32,068 bases of DNA, taken from the NCBI GenBank assembly GCA_016235455.1, contig JACRKZ010000019.1, positions 1 to 32,068 of the forward strand. Direction: 5' to 3'. The translations under genes and the position numbers were made by a program. The notes beneath the pieces were generated by a model. It saw only the letters and a list, made by a program, of their open reading frames with translations. It did no database searches and was not told where the DNA came from. The stretch comes from Armatimonadota bacterium. GTDB taxonomy: Bacteria; Armatimonadota; UBA10988. This document shows, one piece after another, positions 1-9,217 of this stretch (the first letter of the stretch is position 1; the number at the start of each line of letters is the position of its first letter).

Positions 1-114
1 ATCGATGTCGACCAGGCGCAGTTCCGCCTGCCACCCGGTGCGGATCAGGTCGGCTGTCAGCCCGTGCGTGAACGAGGCGCTGCCGGCGCCGATCAGAACG
101 ATGGCTTCGGTCAT
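1..114 (-). CDS. Family 4 glycoside hydrolase (NAD-dependent), N-terminal part only; runs off the window edge
   Basis: Manual translation from ATG at 114: [38 protein letters not shown], the GH4 Rossmann 'IGAGS.F...LVDID' signature. The ATG overlaps the TGA of the upstream gene (ATGA, 111-114). Not in the ORF track. Confidence 0.85.
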   Translation of the reverse strand, partial: MTEAIVLIGAGSASFTHGLTADLIRTGWQAELRLVDID

Positions 115-3100
115 GGCGCGGTGATCTCCAGGCCTTCCACGCCGGCGGTGGTCAGCGTGCCATTGTTGTGCGACGACAGGGCGAACCCGACATAGGCCTC
201 CGCCGGCAGCTGAAGTTGCCGGTCGCCGACCGTCTGCCAGGTCTTGCCGTCGGCCGAGATGGCGCACACGAAGCGGTTGCCCAGGCGTTGCAGACGCACC
301 CACGAGGGAGGCGTGGCGGGGATGTACTCGTACGCAGTCTCCGCGTCCTCGACCGGCCGCGACTGGATAACGCCCTGCGGGTTGCCGGATACCATCACGG
401 CGACATAGGGCGAGCCCGCGGTGAGGCTGGCGCGCACCATCACTCCGGCCTTGGTCCATATGTCGGTCTTGACCAGGCTGTTGACCTTAGCCACCACCGT
501 GCAGTCGCCGCGGCGCTGCCACAGCATGAAGCCGCCGTCACGCGGGCCGTAGAAGTCGGCGCCAGCCGCCTTGAGCGTCCACTTGCCGTCGGCGAACGCC
601 GCCGAGCCCGCCGGCGTCACGTCGCCCAGGTCGTCGCACCGCCAGGGCTTGGGCAAGTGAGCGTCCTTCATCGCGCCCAGCCGATCCAACGCGGCCACGG
701 CTTCCGGCCCGGTCACGGCGGCCAGAGCCCGGCCCTCGCCCCGCTGCGGAGCGGCAAGGTGGCGGAGCGTGGCCACGGCCTCACCCAACGTGTCGGGCTG
801 GTCGAGCCACTTCGCGGCCAGGGTCATGGCTGACGGCACGCGGCACCAGCGCAGCACGCCAAGCGCCTGTCGGCGCTCCTCGGCCCGCGCCAGAAGCGCC
901 TCCGACTGAGCCAGCGAGCGCACCACGCCCTCGGCATCGGCGGCGGCAGCCAGCGCCAGGACGCGCAGCCAACCACGCGTGGCTGTGACGCGCGTAGCTC
1001 CCTCGCTGGCTTTGGCGAGAACCAGCAGGGCCGGTGCGGCGGCCGGATCATCGATGGTGTCGGCCAGCCCAGCCAACGCGGCAGCTCGCACGGCGGCGTC
1101 GGGGTCGGTGAGCGCGTTGTTCAGCGCCGCCACGGCGGCCTTGCCGCCGCACTCGGCCAGCACCGCCAGCAGCGCGGCTCGCGCCTCGGCGCTCGCGCCG
1201 GCCAGTGCGGCGAGCACGGGCTTGAGCGTGGCATCGCGGTCAGTCTGGCGCCGCGCCAGCGCGACCACCGCGTCGCCAGCGGCACCGGACACCCGTTCCT
1301 CACGCGCCGCGACAAGCAGCTTGACCAGCGGCGCCATGTCACCGGCGCCACCAATGCGGCCCAGACCGCGGAGTGCCTCGACGGCCACGGTCGGCTCGGG
1401 GTCGGCCGCGGCGCGCAGCAGCAGGGCCGTGGCGTCGGGCTGCCGGCGTGCGGTCACCACGCCAAGCAGCATGGCGCGCGTCGCAGGCTCACCCTCGCCA
1501 GCCGCTTTGGCCATCGCGGCGTCGACACCTGCGCCCCGGAGCCCGGCCAGCGCGTTCAGCGCCCAAAGGCGCTCCTCGCGCTCCGAGCGCGCGGCGAACT
1601 GCGCCAGCGGCAAGATGGCGGCCACCTGGCCCGACGCGCCCAGCGCGCCAACGGCTGCCTGGCGCAGCGCCGGCTGGTCGGAGCCGAGCGCGGCCAGCGC
1701 CAGCTTCACGGCGTCTGCCGCTCGTCGCCGCCCGAGGTTGGCCAGGAGCGGCGCCTGCACGCTGGTCGGCAGCTTGGCGTAGGCCGCCACGGCCCGCGCC
1801 ACCACAGGCTCGCCTGGGATGCGGTCGAGCATGCGCGCAGCGCCAGACGAGAGCACCTCATCGCCCGACTCGAGGAAGTCAGCAGCCAGGCGCACCGCCC
1901 GCGTCGACCGCAGCCCGACCAGGCCGGCCAACCCGAGCACGCGGGTCCGCGCCGGCTTGCCCTCGGCGGCCAAGGCGTCGTAGAGCGCCTCGGCACCAGC
2001 GGCGAGGCCCGACGCGCAGTTGGCCAAGGCGTCATCGTGGACCGTGGCCAACGCCGCCGGCGGCCTGGCGGCCAGCAGCGCCTCAGCGGCCACCGGGCCG
2101 CGCAGGCGGCCCAACGCCAGCAGCGCTGCAGACACCACGGCGGGGTCGGCATCGGCCAGCAAGGGCTTGATCAGCGGTACGGCCGAGGCATCGCCCAGGT
2201 CGGCCAGCGAACTGGCCAGGCCGGCGGCCAGGGCGCCCTTGGCCTTGGCCAGTGCCGCCCGCAGCGCCGCGGTGGCCTCGGCTGTGCCCAGTCGCTGCAG
2301 GACTCGCCGTGCCGCGTGGGCGTGCTCGGCCTCGAGCAGCCACGGCGTCAGCGTCGCCAGCGACGCGTTGGAGGCCACCTTGGACAGGCTTTCGGCCAGG
2401 TCCGCAAGCCGGTCGCCCAGTGGCGCCGTGGCGATGTCGGCCAGCAGTGCCTTCTCGGCGGCGAGGCGCTGCGCGGGTACGGCCGTCAGCCGGTCGAGCG
2501 TCTCCATGGAGTCGCGCTGCTCGGCGGCGTTGGCCGAACTGACCAGCCGTGCCACGGCGCCGGCGTCGGGCGCGTCCGGCGCGGGCAGGTCGCCCAGCGC
2601 GTACTGGATCCCCGCCAGCAGATGCTTCAGGTAGGCGGCATTCCAGAACACCTCATGCTGGTGTCCCAGCGAGCAGAAGAAGACGCGTCCGCGGCCCAGC
2701 GGGTAGACCCACGAGATGGGCACGTACGGGTGCGGATGGGCCACGGCACCCGTGGCCGTGTCGCTCAGGTCCAGGCTCAACAGCACTCGGGCTCGCTCGC
2801 GGTGGAACTCGGTGAAGGTGTAGATCTCGTCGCGCAGGCGGAAGCTCTGGCCCCCGAAGGCGGCGTTGAGCGGATGGCCAGGCTGCTCGTTGCGCACCGG
2901 CCACTCGGCCGTTGGAGTCCAGGGGTGCGAGTGGAACTTGGCGCCCATCAGCTCAGTGCCCTCGGCCCAGCCTTCGAAGTTGGCCGAGGCCGCATGGATG
3001 CCGACGACGCCCTTGCCGGAGCGCACAAACGCCAGCAGCGCCGCGCGTGCCTTGGGGTCCTCCAGCTTGAACGCGTAGCCGTTGTTGAAGACGATGGCGT

Positions 3101-3395
3101 CGTACGGCTTGAGCCCCTCGGCCGTGAGCACACCCAGATCGGTGCTGTGGACGACGGCGAAGGCGCCCGTGCGGCGGCCCAGCGTATCGATGGCCAACGC
3201 GCCAACGCCAATGGCGGTATGGTCGAAGCCTTCGTTGCGACTGAACACCAGCACGCGGCGGGGCGCCTTGGGCTTGGCCGGCGCCACGGTGGGCGCCGCT
3301 GCCTCGATGCGCGACGCCTCGTCGGCGGTGGGCTGCGCGGCCTGCAGCCCGACGGTGCAGGCCACCACCAGGAGCAGCATGGTGCGGGTTTTCAT
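111..3395 (-). CDS. Secreted ThuA-like domain + HEAT/PBS-lyase repeats + C-terminal ConA-like (DUF1349-like) beta-sandwich protein
   Basis: Signal peptide, then ThuA motifs ([34 protein letters not shown]). About 600 aa of Ala/Leu helical repeats follow ([21 protein letters not shown]). C-terminal KAGVMVRAS...WVRLQRLGN...[18 protein letters not shown] upstream. Confidence 0.85.
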   Translation of the reverse strand: MKTRTMLLLVVACTVGLQAAQPTADEASRIEAAAPTVAPAKPKAPRRVLVFSRNEGFDHTAIGVGALAIDTLGRRTGAFAVVHSTDLGVLTAEGLKPYDAIVFNNGYAFKLEDPKARAALLAFVRSGKGVVGIHAASANFEGWAEGTELMGAKFHSHPWTPTAEWPVRNEQPGHPLNAAFGGQSFRLRDEIYTFTEFHRERARVLLSLDLSDTATGAVAHPHPYVPISWVYPLGRGRVFFCSLGHQHEVFWNAAYLKHLLAGIQYALGDLPAPDAPDAGAVARLVSSANAAEQRDSMETLDRLTAVPAQRLAAEKALLADIATAPLGDRLADLAESLSKVASNASLATLTPWLLEAEHAHAARRVLQRLGTAEATAALRAALAKAKGALAAGLASSLADLGDASAVPLIKPLLADADPAVVSAALLALGRLRGPVAAEALLAARPPAALATVHDDALANCASGLAAGAEALYDALAAEGKPARTRVLGLAGLVGLRSTRAVRLAADFLESGDEVLSSGAARMLDRIPGEPVVARAVAAYAKLPTSVQAPLLANLGRRRAADAVKLALAALGSDQPALRQAAVGALGASGQVAAILPLAQFAARSEREERLWALNALAGLRGAGVDAAMAKAAGEGEPATRAMLLGVVTARRQPDATALLLRAAADPEPTVAVEALRGLGRIGGAGDMAPLVKLLVAAREERVSGAAGDAVVALARRQTDRDATLKPVLAALAGASAEARAALLAVLAECGGKAAVAALNNALTDPDAAVRAAALAGLADTIDDPAAAPALLVLAKASEGATRVTATRGWLRVLALAAAADAEGVVRSLAQSEALLARAEERRQALGVLRWCRVPSAMTLAAKWLDQPDTLGEAVATLRHLAAPQRGEGRALAAVTGPEAVAALDRLGAMKDAHLPKPWRCDDLGDVTPAGSAAFADGKWTLKAAGADFYGPRDGGFMLWQRRGDCTVVAKVNSLVKTDIWTKAGVMVRASLTAGSPYVAVMVSGNPQGVIQSRPVEDAETAYEYIPATPPSWVRLQRLGNRFVCAISADGKTWQTVGDRQLQLPAEAYVGFALSSHNNGTLTTAGVEGLEITAP

Positions 3396-3405
3396 GGGCG
3401 GCTCC

Positions 3406-4650
3406 TCACAGCGTCCAGGGCGCGCGCAGGGCGCGCGTCAACATGCGGTTGGCGGTCTCGTCATCGATGACACGCTCGGCCTTGGCGTCCCAGCGGATGG
3501 TGCGGCCCAGGCGCACCGCGATATCGCTCAGGCTGCAGATGGTCTGCGAGCGATGCCCGACCTCGGCCGGGGCGACCGTGGTCGCGCCCGTCTTGATGCA
3601 GTCGAGCCAGTTGCGATGGTGCTCCGCGCTGCGGTAGAGCTGGGTCTCGTCGGGTCCAATGACCTCACGCAGCAGGCTGGGCGGGTCGGCCGAGATGGCG
3701 CCGCGCGTGACCCACACGCTACCTTTGTCACCCTCGAACGTGCAGCCCTCGCGCTGCTGGCCCGCGTCGGTGAAGATGACCTTGGTGCCTGTCGCAAACT
3801 CATACTCGACGCGCCAGGTGATGGGCGTGTCACACAGACCACCTTGGGGCATGACGGCGGTGCCGGCGACCTTGACCGGACCGGTCAACTCAGTGCCCAG
3901 GCCCCATTGGGCGATGTCGACGTGGTGGATGCCCCAGCCGGAGAGGTAACCGCCGGCCGAGTAGTCGGAGATGAAGTACCAGTGGCTGGTGTCGACGCGC
4001 TCTGGGGAGTACGGCCGAACCGGCGCTGGACCGAGCCACATGTCGTAGTCGAAGCCGTCTGGCACGGGGCCGAGCGTGCCCATCGAGCCCTGCCGGCCGC
4101 CGGCCACCGCCACGCGGACGGTATGGATCCGGCCCAGCCGGCCGTTGCGCGCCAACTCGCAAGCCTGTCGGAAGCGCGGGTCGGAGCGCTGCTGCGTGCC
4201 GTGCTGGAAGACCACGCCATGGCGCTCGACCGCCTGCACCATCGCGCGGCCTTCGTGGATCGTCAGCGCGAACGGCTTCTCCGAGTACATGTGCTTGCCG
4301 GCCCGAGCCGCGGCGATGGTCATCAGGGCATGCCAGTTGTCGGGTGTGCAGATCAGCACGCAGTCGATATCGGGCCGCGCCAGCAACTCGCGGAAGTCCG
4401 CGTACTCGCGACAGTCCTTGGTGCCGTAGTGCTGGTTGACATTAGCCGCGAAGGCCCGCCGGCGCTCCGGCCGCGGGTCGCAGACAGCCACCACCTGCGT
4501 GTCCGGCTGGCCCAGCATTGGCCCCAGATGCGAGCCGGCGATGTTGCCCGTGCCCAGGAACCCTACGTTCAGCCGTTCGGACGGCGCAGCACGCAGTCCG
4601 CGCGCCATGCCGGCCACCGCCATCGCGCCCAGAAACGCACGCCTCTCCAT
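3406..4650 (-). CDS. Tat-exported Gfo/Idh/MocA oxidoreductase
   Basis: Start reassigned to MERRAFLG (twin-Arg signal, GGAG upstream). GFLGTGNIA Rossmann motif, TPDNWH, EKP, GTQQRS, WGIHHVD. Confidence 0.9.
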   Translation of the reverse strand: MERRAFLGAMAVAGMARGLRAAPSERLNVGFLGTGNIAGSHLGPMLGQPDTQVVAVCDPRPERRRAFAANVNQHYGTKDCREYADFRELLARPDIDCVLICTPDNWHALMTIAAARAGKHMYSEKPFALTIHEGRAMVQAVERHGVVFQHGTQQRSDPRFRQACELARNGRLGRIHTVRVAVAGGRQGSMGTLGPVPDGFDYDMWLGPAPVRPYSPERVDTSHWYFISDYSAGGYLSGWGIHHVDIAQWGLGTELTGPVKVAGTAVMPQGGLCDTPITWRVEYEFATGTKVIFTDAGQQREGCTFEGDKGSVWVTRGAISADPPSLLREVIGPDETQLYRSAEHHRNWLDCIKTGATTVAPAEVGHRSQTICSLSDIAVRLGRTIRWDAKAERVIDDETANRMLTRALRAPWTL

Positions 4651-4708
4651 AGCCCCGCTCCGTTCCTGGCATCGTTTCCGCTCGGCGCGTCGCAGTCCTC
4701 CTGGACAA

Positions 4709-4733
4709 CGACGATCGGGTGTACATCCGGCCG
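4709..4733. promoter_or_regulatory. Operator-like palindrome 1 (CGGGTGTACATCCG)
   Basis: Dyad centred on TGTACA in a divergent intergenic region. 4709-4727 is 16/19 identical to 4802-4820. Confidence 0.5.
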
Positions 4734-4799
4734 CGGCCGGTGCTGCGCGGAGCCATACAGAACGCCATTCGAATCGGTCCGGCAGCGCTGCGGGCCGCG

Positions 4800-4831
4800 T
4801 TCGACGGTTCGGTGTACATCGAATCATCGAA
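4800..4831. promoter_or_regulatory. Operator-like palindrome 2 (TTCGACGGTTCGGTGTACATCGAATCATCGAA)
   Basis: 32-bp imperfect palindrome with 13/16 Watson-Crick pairs. Lies just upstream of a -10-like TAGACT at 4839-4844. Confidence 0.55.
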
Positions 4832-4879
4832 GGTGGAGTAGACTGCTGGGGGGCTGCACGACATAGGTAGGAGAGAGGC

Positions 4880-5710
4880 ATGAGCCGGTTGCGACTTGGC
4901 GCTTCGACGTATTCGTTCTGGCATTTCACCGACACCAAGGTGCCCATTGAGGACTGCCTGCGATGGGCACGAGAGATGGACCTGGACGGCATCGAGATCC
5001 TGCACCAGCAGATGGCCAGCGAGGATCGCGGCTACCTGCAGTCGCTCAAGCGCCAGGCCTTCGGGCTGGGCCTCGATCTCTACGGTCTGTCCATCCACCA
5101 GGACTTCGTGTGGCCCGAGGCCGAGAAGCGCGATGAGCACATCGCTCACACCATCCGTTGCATCGACATCGCCCACGAGCTGGGCATCCCGTGCATCCGC
5201 CTCAACTCGGGCCGCTGGGGCACGTCGGGCACGTTCGATGAACTGATGGCCGCGCGCGGCATCGAGACCCCGCTGCCGGGCTACAGCGACGACGACGCCT
5301 TTGACTGGTGCATCGACAGCATCGAAAAGTGCCTGCCGCGCGCCGCCGAGCAGGGCGTCATTCTGGCGCTGGAGAACCACTGGGGCCTGACCTTTGGGGC
5401 GGCCGGCGTGGCGCGCATTCTCGACGCCATCGACAGCCCGTGGCTGTCGTTCCTGCTGGACACCGGCAACTTCCTCGAAGAGCCCTATCCGGCCCTGGAG
5501 GAACTGGCCCCGCGCGCGTGCATGGTGCACGCCAAGAGCTACTTCGGCGGCGGCGAGTGGTACTCGCTCGACCTGGACTACAAGCGCATCGCCGGCATCC
5601 TGGCGGGCGTGAACTTCCAGGGCTATGTGTCGATCGAGATGGAAGGCAAGGAAGACCCGATGACCGCCGTGCCGAAGGCCGTGGCGGTGTTGCGGGAGGC
5701 GTTTGCCTGA
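4880..5710 (+). CDS. Sugar phosphate isomerase/epimerase (xylose isomerase-like TIM barrel, AP_endonuc_2)
   Basis: Metal-binding motifs DGIEI, LALENHWG, LLDTGNF, VHAK, YVSIEMEG. RBS AGGAGAGAGG. Confidence 0.9.
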   Translation: MSRLRLGASTYSFWHFTDTKVPIEDCLRWAREMDLDGIEILHQQMASEDRGYLQSLKRQAFGLGLDLYGLSIHQDFVWPEAEKRDEHIAHTIRCIDIAHELGIPCIRLNSGRWGTSGTFDELMAARGIETPLPGYSDDDAFDWCIDSIEKCLPRAAEQGVILALENHWGLTFGAAGVARILDAIDSPWLSFLLDTGNFLEEPYPALEELAPRACMVHAKSYFGGGEWYSLDLDYKRIAGILAGVNFQGYVSIEMEGKEDPMTAVPKAVAVLREAFA

Positions 5711-5719
5711 GTCACCTGA

Positions 5720-5789
5720 GATCCACAGGTTACGCAGATCACACAGATGCGATATCTGTCGTCCATGTGAGCTGCGTAACCTGCGGATC
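5720..5789. repeat. Long REP-like hairpin between convergent genes (possible bidirectional terminator)
   Basis: GATCCACAGGTTACGCAGATCACA (5720-5743) and TGTGAGCTGCGTAACCTGCGGATC (5766-5789) are 24-bp arms with 2 mismatches. Inner CAGAT/ATCTG stem. Confidence 0.7.
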
Positions 5790-5819
5790 GGCAGGGCGAT
5801 CTGTTGTCGGAACGACCCC

Positions 5820-7544
5820 TCAGGGCACCAGCTTCACCGCCCGCAAGTTCACCGGCGACCAGCTGTCCTTCACGGGCCGCACGGCCAGCGTCGCCTTGCC
5901 GGCCGCGGCGAGCTCGAAGGCACCCAGATCGATCTTGACGAACTTGGCGTAGCCGCCGGTGTTCGGGACCTTCACCACCTGCTTCTGGGCGCCGAGGGTC
6001 ACCTCGAGCGACGCAGCGCCCTCGCTGGCCACCTCCGCGCTGGCCGTGAGGCGCCCGGGCTTAACCGCCTCAAACGACCATTCGACCCAGTCGGCCGGAT
6101 CGGTCCAGAAGCCCAGATTGGCGCCGCCATGGGTGCTCTCCACCTGTAGGCCGGTGCCGTGGATGACCGCGTCGCCCGGGGCCAAGGTCAAGCTGCCGTC
6201 GGCCGCCTGGCGCAGGAGGGTGGGCTCGATGACGAGTTTGCCCTTGGTCTGCACAACGACGGTCGAGCTGATGGCGTCCGGCGCGGTGGCCGGCAGGGCA
6301 ATCACCGGGCCGGCGTCGCCGACGGTCACGGCCAGGCCGGTCTGCGCGTTATCGTTCAGCAGCCAGGCCTTCGTGATGTCGCTACGCAGCCCCGGCACAA
6401 GCAGCTTGCCATCAGCCGGCCAATCGAACACGTGCAGGTAGAGCCTGGCATTGTCATCACCGCCGACGCGTGTGGCGCGGCCCCAAGGCAGGCGCTTGAA
6501 GGGGCTGGCCGAGGTGGCGTAGATGGCTTCGCCGTTGACGGCCATCCACCGACCGACGGCCTGCAGCCGCTCAACTGACTCGGGCGGTATCTCGCCCAGC
6601 GAGTTGGGGCCGACGTTGAGCAGGTAGTTGCCGCCCTTGCTGGCGATGTCCACCAAGTTGCGGATGAGTGTGCCGACGGGCTTCCAGTTGTGGTCGTCCC
6701 GTTTGAACCCCCAGGTGTCGTTCATGGTCATGCAGGTCTCCCAGTCGCGGCCGGGGTAGCCGGTAGCTGGGATGAACTGTTCGGGCGTCTCGCTGTCCCC
6801 GTGGTAGCCGCCGCCGAGGCGGTTGTTGGTGATGATGCCGGGCTGCAGCGCCATCAGGTCGGCCAGCGGCTTGGCGCGGGCTGGGGTCATGTCGACTGGC
6901 GTGTCCCACCACAGGATGGACAGGGGGCCGTAGTTGGTCAGCAGTTCGCGCACCTGCGGGACGGCGACCTTGGCCAGGTAGTCGTCCATGCTGCCCTTCT
7001 GGGCGGGGTCCCACTGGCCGCCGGCTGCCGCGCCGCCGGGGTTGTTCCAGTCCTGGGCCTGGGAGTAGTAGAAGCCGAGGCGGATGCCTTCCTTGGCGCA
7101 TGCGGCTGCCAACGGCTTGAGCAGGTCGCGACCATAGGGCGAGGCTTTGACGACATTCCAGTCGCTGGCCGCGGAGTCGAACAGGGCGAAGCCGTCGTGG
7201 TGCTTGGCCGTGATGACCAGGTACTTCATGCCCGCGGCCTTAGCCAGCTTGACCCAGGCCTCGGGGTCGTACTTGATGGGGTTGAACTGCTTGGCGAAGT
7301 CGCGGTAACTGGCCACCGGGATGTGGCCGCGATTCATGATCCACTCGCCGATACCGGGCACCGGCGTGTCCTGGTAGAAGCCGGCGGGCACCGAGTAGAC
7401 ACCCCAGTGGATGAACAGGCCGAATCGCGCCTCGCGCCACCAGCGCAGACGCGCCTCGCGCTGCTCCGTGGTTTCCTCAGCGCAGGCCGCACCAACGGCG
7501 AGTAGTACCAGCAATATAGACAAACGACGGAACGTCGTGCGCAT
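5820..7544 (-). CDS. Alpha-L-fucosidase (GH29) with C-terminal CBM6/35-like domain
   Basis: WWREARFGLFIHWG, TAKHHDGF, LWWD nucleophile, WETCMTMNDTWG, SKGGNYLLNVGP. Signal peptide from MRTTF. RBS AGGGAG. Confidence 0.93.
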   Translation of the reverse strand: MRTTFRRLSILLVLLAVGAACAEETTEQREARLRWWREARFGLFIHWGVYSVPAGFYQDTPVPGIGEWIMNRGHIPVASYRDFAKQFNPIKYDPEAWVKLAKAAGMKYLVITAKHHDGFALFDSAASDWNVVKASPYGRDLLKPLAAACAKEGIRLGFYYSQAQDWNNPGGAAAGGQWDPAQKGSMDDYLAKVAVPQVRELLTNYGPLSILWWDTPVDMTPARAKPLADLMALQPGIITNNRLGGGYHGDSETPEQFIPATGYPGRDWETCMTMNDTWGFKRDDHNWKPVGTLIRNLVDIASKGGNYLLNVGPNSLGEIPPESVERLQAVGRWMAVNGEAIYATSASPFKRLPWGRATRVGGDDNARLYLHVFDWPADGKLLVPGLRSDITKAWLLNDNAQTGLAVTVGDAGPVIALPATAPDAISSTVVVQTKGKLVIEPTLLRQAADGSLTLAPGDAVIHGTGLQVESTHGGANLGFWTDPADWVEWSFEAVKPGRLTASAEVASEGAASLEVTLGAQKQVVKVPNTGGYAKFVKIDLGAFELAAAGKATLAVRPVKDSWSPVNLRAVKLVP

Positions 7545-7548
7545 GGAT

Positions 7549-7596
7549 GCGTGCTCCCTGACAACGATGTCATGCATCATGCGGCAGGGAGCACGC
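7549..7596 (-). promoter_or_regulatory. Perfect 12-bp hairpin covering the fucosidase RBS
   Basis: GCGTGCTCCCTG (7549-7560) and CAGGGAGCACGC (7585-7596). On the minus-strand mRNA the 3' arm contains AGGGAG and ends 4 nt before the ATG. Confidence 0.65.
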
Positions 7597-7611
7597 TTTG
7601 TCGGAACTGGC

Positions 7612-8223
7612 CTACAGGTCGAAGTCGGTACTGACGATCTGGGAGGGCTTGCGCCACTTGACGTGCCCGTCACAGAAGGCCATGTTGCAGCCATCGTTGT
7701 GGATGAACGACGGCACGTCACCGGCGAAGCAGCCGTCGTTGAGCGAGTTGCTTTCGTCCATGAAGATGCAGCAGGTGGCCGGCGTGTTCACCGCCGCCAT
7801 GGAGACGAACTCCAATCGGTAGTTCATGGAGTAGCTGAGTCCCTTGGTGGGGGCGCTGGTGTCAGAGGGGCAGATGTAGACTGCCTTGTTCTTCACATAC
7901 GGTGCCAGTCCGCCTTGGCTGACGTCCGTATAGGGCGGAATCCAACCACCCAGGATCCAGCACCCGTAGTTGCTGCCGGTCATGGCTGCCTGATTGCCGC
8001 GGGCCACGCCAGGGTACCGTTCGTCGTAGTCCTGGACGTACATGGTCATCGAGGTGCCGATCTGCTTGAGATTGGATTGGCAACTCGACGAACGCGCCTT
8101 CTCGCGCGCCTTGGCGAATACAGGGAACAGGATAGCGGCCAGGATCGCGATGATCGCGATGACCACAAGCAACTCGATGAGGGTGAACCCGTCCGACCGT
8201 TGTCGGAGATCTCGCCTTACCAT
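7612..8223 (-). CDS. DUF1559 prepilin-type N-terminal cleavage/methylation protein with H-X9-DG motif (copy A)
   Basis: G|[63 protein letters not shown]. Confidence 0.93.
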   Translation of the reverse strand: MVRRDLRQRSDGFTLIELLVVIAIIAILAAILFPVFAKAREKARSSSCQSNLKQIGTSMTMYVQDYDERYPGVARGNQAAMTGSNYGCWILGGWIPPYTDVSQGGLAPYVKNKAVYICPSDTSAPTKGLSYSMNYRLEFVSMAAVNTPATCCIFMDESNSLNDGCFAGDVPSFIHNDGCNMAFCDGHVKWRKPSQIVSTDFDL

Positions 8224-8253
8224 GGCACTCTCCTCTCGTTCCTTCGATGGGCA

Positions 8254-8363
8254 GACCCGCCGCCGCTCAGGCGTTCAGGCGCCCACATCGCTACGCGGGA
8301 TGCGCGTCAGTCTGGGCCTGTGCGACATCGCGTGCTCAAGCGTGGCACGAGCGGCGGCGGGTC
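8254..8363. repeat. Perfect 15-bp inverted repeat between the DUF1559 genes
   Basis: GACCCGCCGCCGCTC (8254-8268) and GAGCGGCGGCGGGTC (8349-8363), separated by 80 nt. Confidence 0.65.
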
Positions 8364-8411
8364 GGCCGGGATGATGACTTGAGGGCTGGCGCGCACCGCG
8401 TCGGGCTGGCC

Positions 8412-9029
8412 TCACAGGCTGAAGTCCGAGGCGACAATCTGGCTCGGCTTGCGCCATTTGACGTGCCCATCGCAGAAGGCCATGTTGCAGCCGTCGGTAT
8501 GGATGAACGAGGGCGCATCGCCGGGCCAGACGAAGCAGCCGTCGTTGAGCGTGGCGCTCTCATCCATGAAGATGCAGCAATTGGCCGGCGACACCATGGC
8601 GGCCAGCGACTGCCACTCGAGCACGTAGTTCATCGAGTAGCTCACGCCCTTGTTGGGGCCATTGGTGTCCGAGGGGCAGAGGAACACTGACTTGTTCTTG
8701 ATGTAAGGCGCCAATCCGCCCCGGGAGACGTCGGTGGTCGGTGGGATCCAGCCGCCCAGGATCCAACAGCCGTAGTTGCTGCCAGTCACGGCGGCCTGGT
8801 CACCGCGGGCCACACCGGGGAACCTCTCGTCGTAGTCCTGGGTGTACATGGCCATCGAGGTGCCGATCTGCTTGAGATTGGATTGGCAACTCGACGAACG
8901 CGCCTTCTCTCTCGCCTTGGCGAATACAGGGAACAGGATGGCGGCCAGGATCGCGATGATCGCGATGACCACAAGCAATTCGATGAGGGTGAACCCATCC
9001 GACCGGTGTCGGAGATCCCGCCTGACCAT
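8412..9029 (-). CDS. DUF1559 prepilin-type protein with H-X9-DG motif (copy B)
   Basis: Paralog of 7612-8223. Start MVRRDLRH with the same [28 protein letters not shown]. Confidence 0.93.
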   Translation of the reverse strand: MVRRDLRHRSDGFTLIELLVVIAIIAILAAILFPVFAKAREKARSSSCQSNLKQIGTSMAMYTQDYDERFPGVARGDQAAVTGSNYGCWILGGWIPPTTDVSRGGLAPYIKNKSVFLCPSDTNGPNKGVSYSMNYVLEWQSLAAMVSPANCCIFMDESATLNDGCFVWPGDAPSFIHTDGCNMAFCDGHVKWRKPSQIVASDFSL

Positions 9030-9134
9030 GGCACTCTCCTCTCGATCTCGTGTTGAGCAGCCCCCGCCGCCACGCACGAGTTAATTCTCCCTCATGGTTA
9101 CGCCTAATGCGAGTCTATTTGGGCGCGAGCGATA

Positions 9135-9143
9135 TGGTATGCT
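9135..9143 (+). promoter_or_regulatory. Putative extended -10 promoter element (TGGTATGCT)
   Basis: TGnTAnnnT in an AT-richer divergent intergenic region, upstream of the SMP-30 gene. Confidence 0.4.
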
Positions 9144-9217
9144 CGTGCGCGGCACGAACGGGGGCGGGCCGGCGTCGAATGGGTATGGCCGGCGGTTCTG
9201 TCGGCTGGGAGGATGTC

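Noticed and set aside
4727-4740. Perfect palindrome CCGGCCGCGGCCGG
   Set aside because: All-GC palindromes are expected by chance at this GC content.
4651-4992. N-terminal extensions in the ORF track (also to 7721, 9077, 15963, 20305, 24252, and from 9050, 9994, 17586, 26793)
   Set aside because: They overlap neighbouring genes or promoters. Downstream starts have an RBS, a signal peptide or a family-typical N-terminus.
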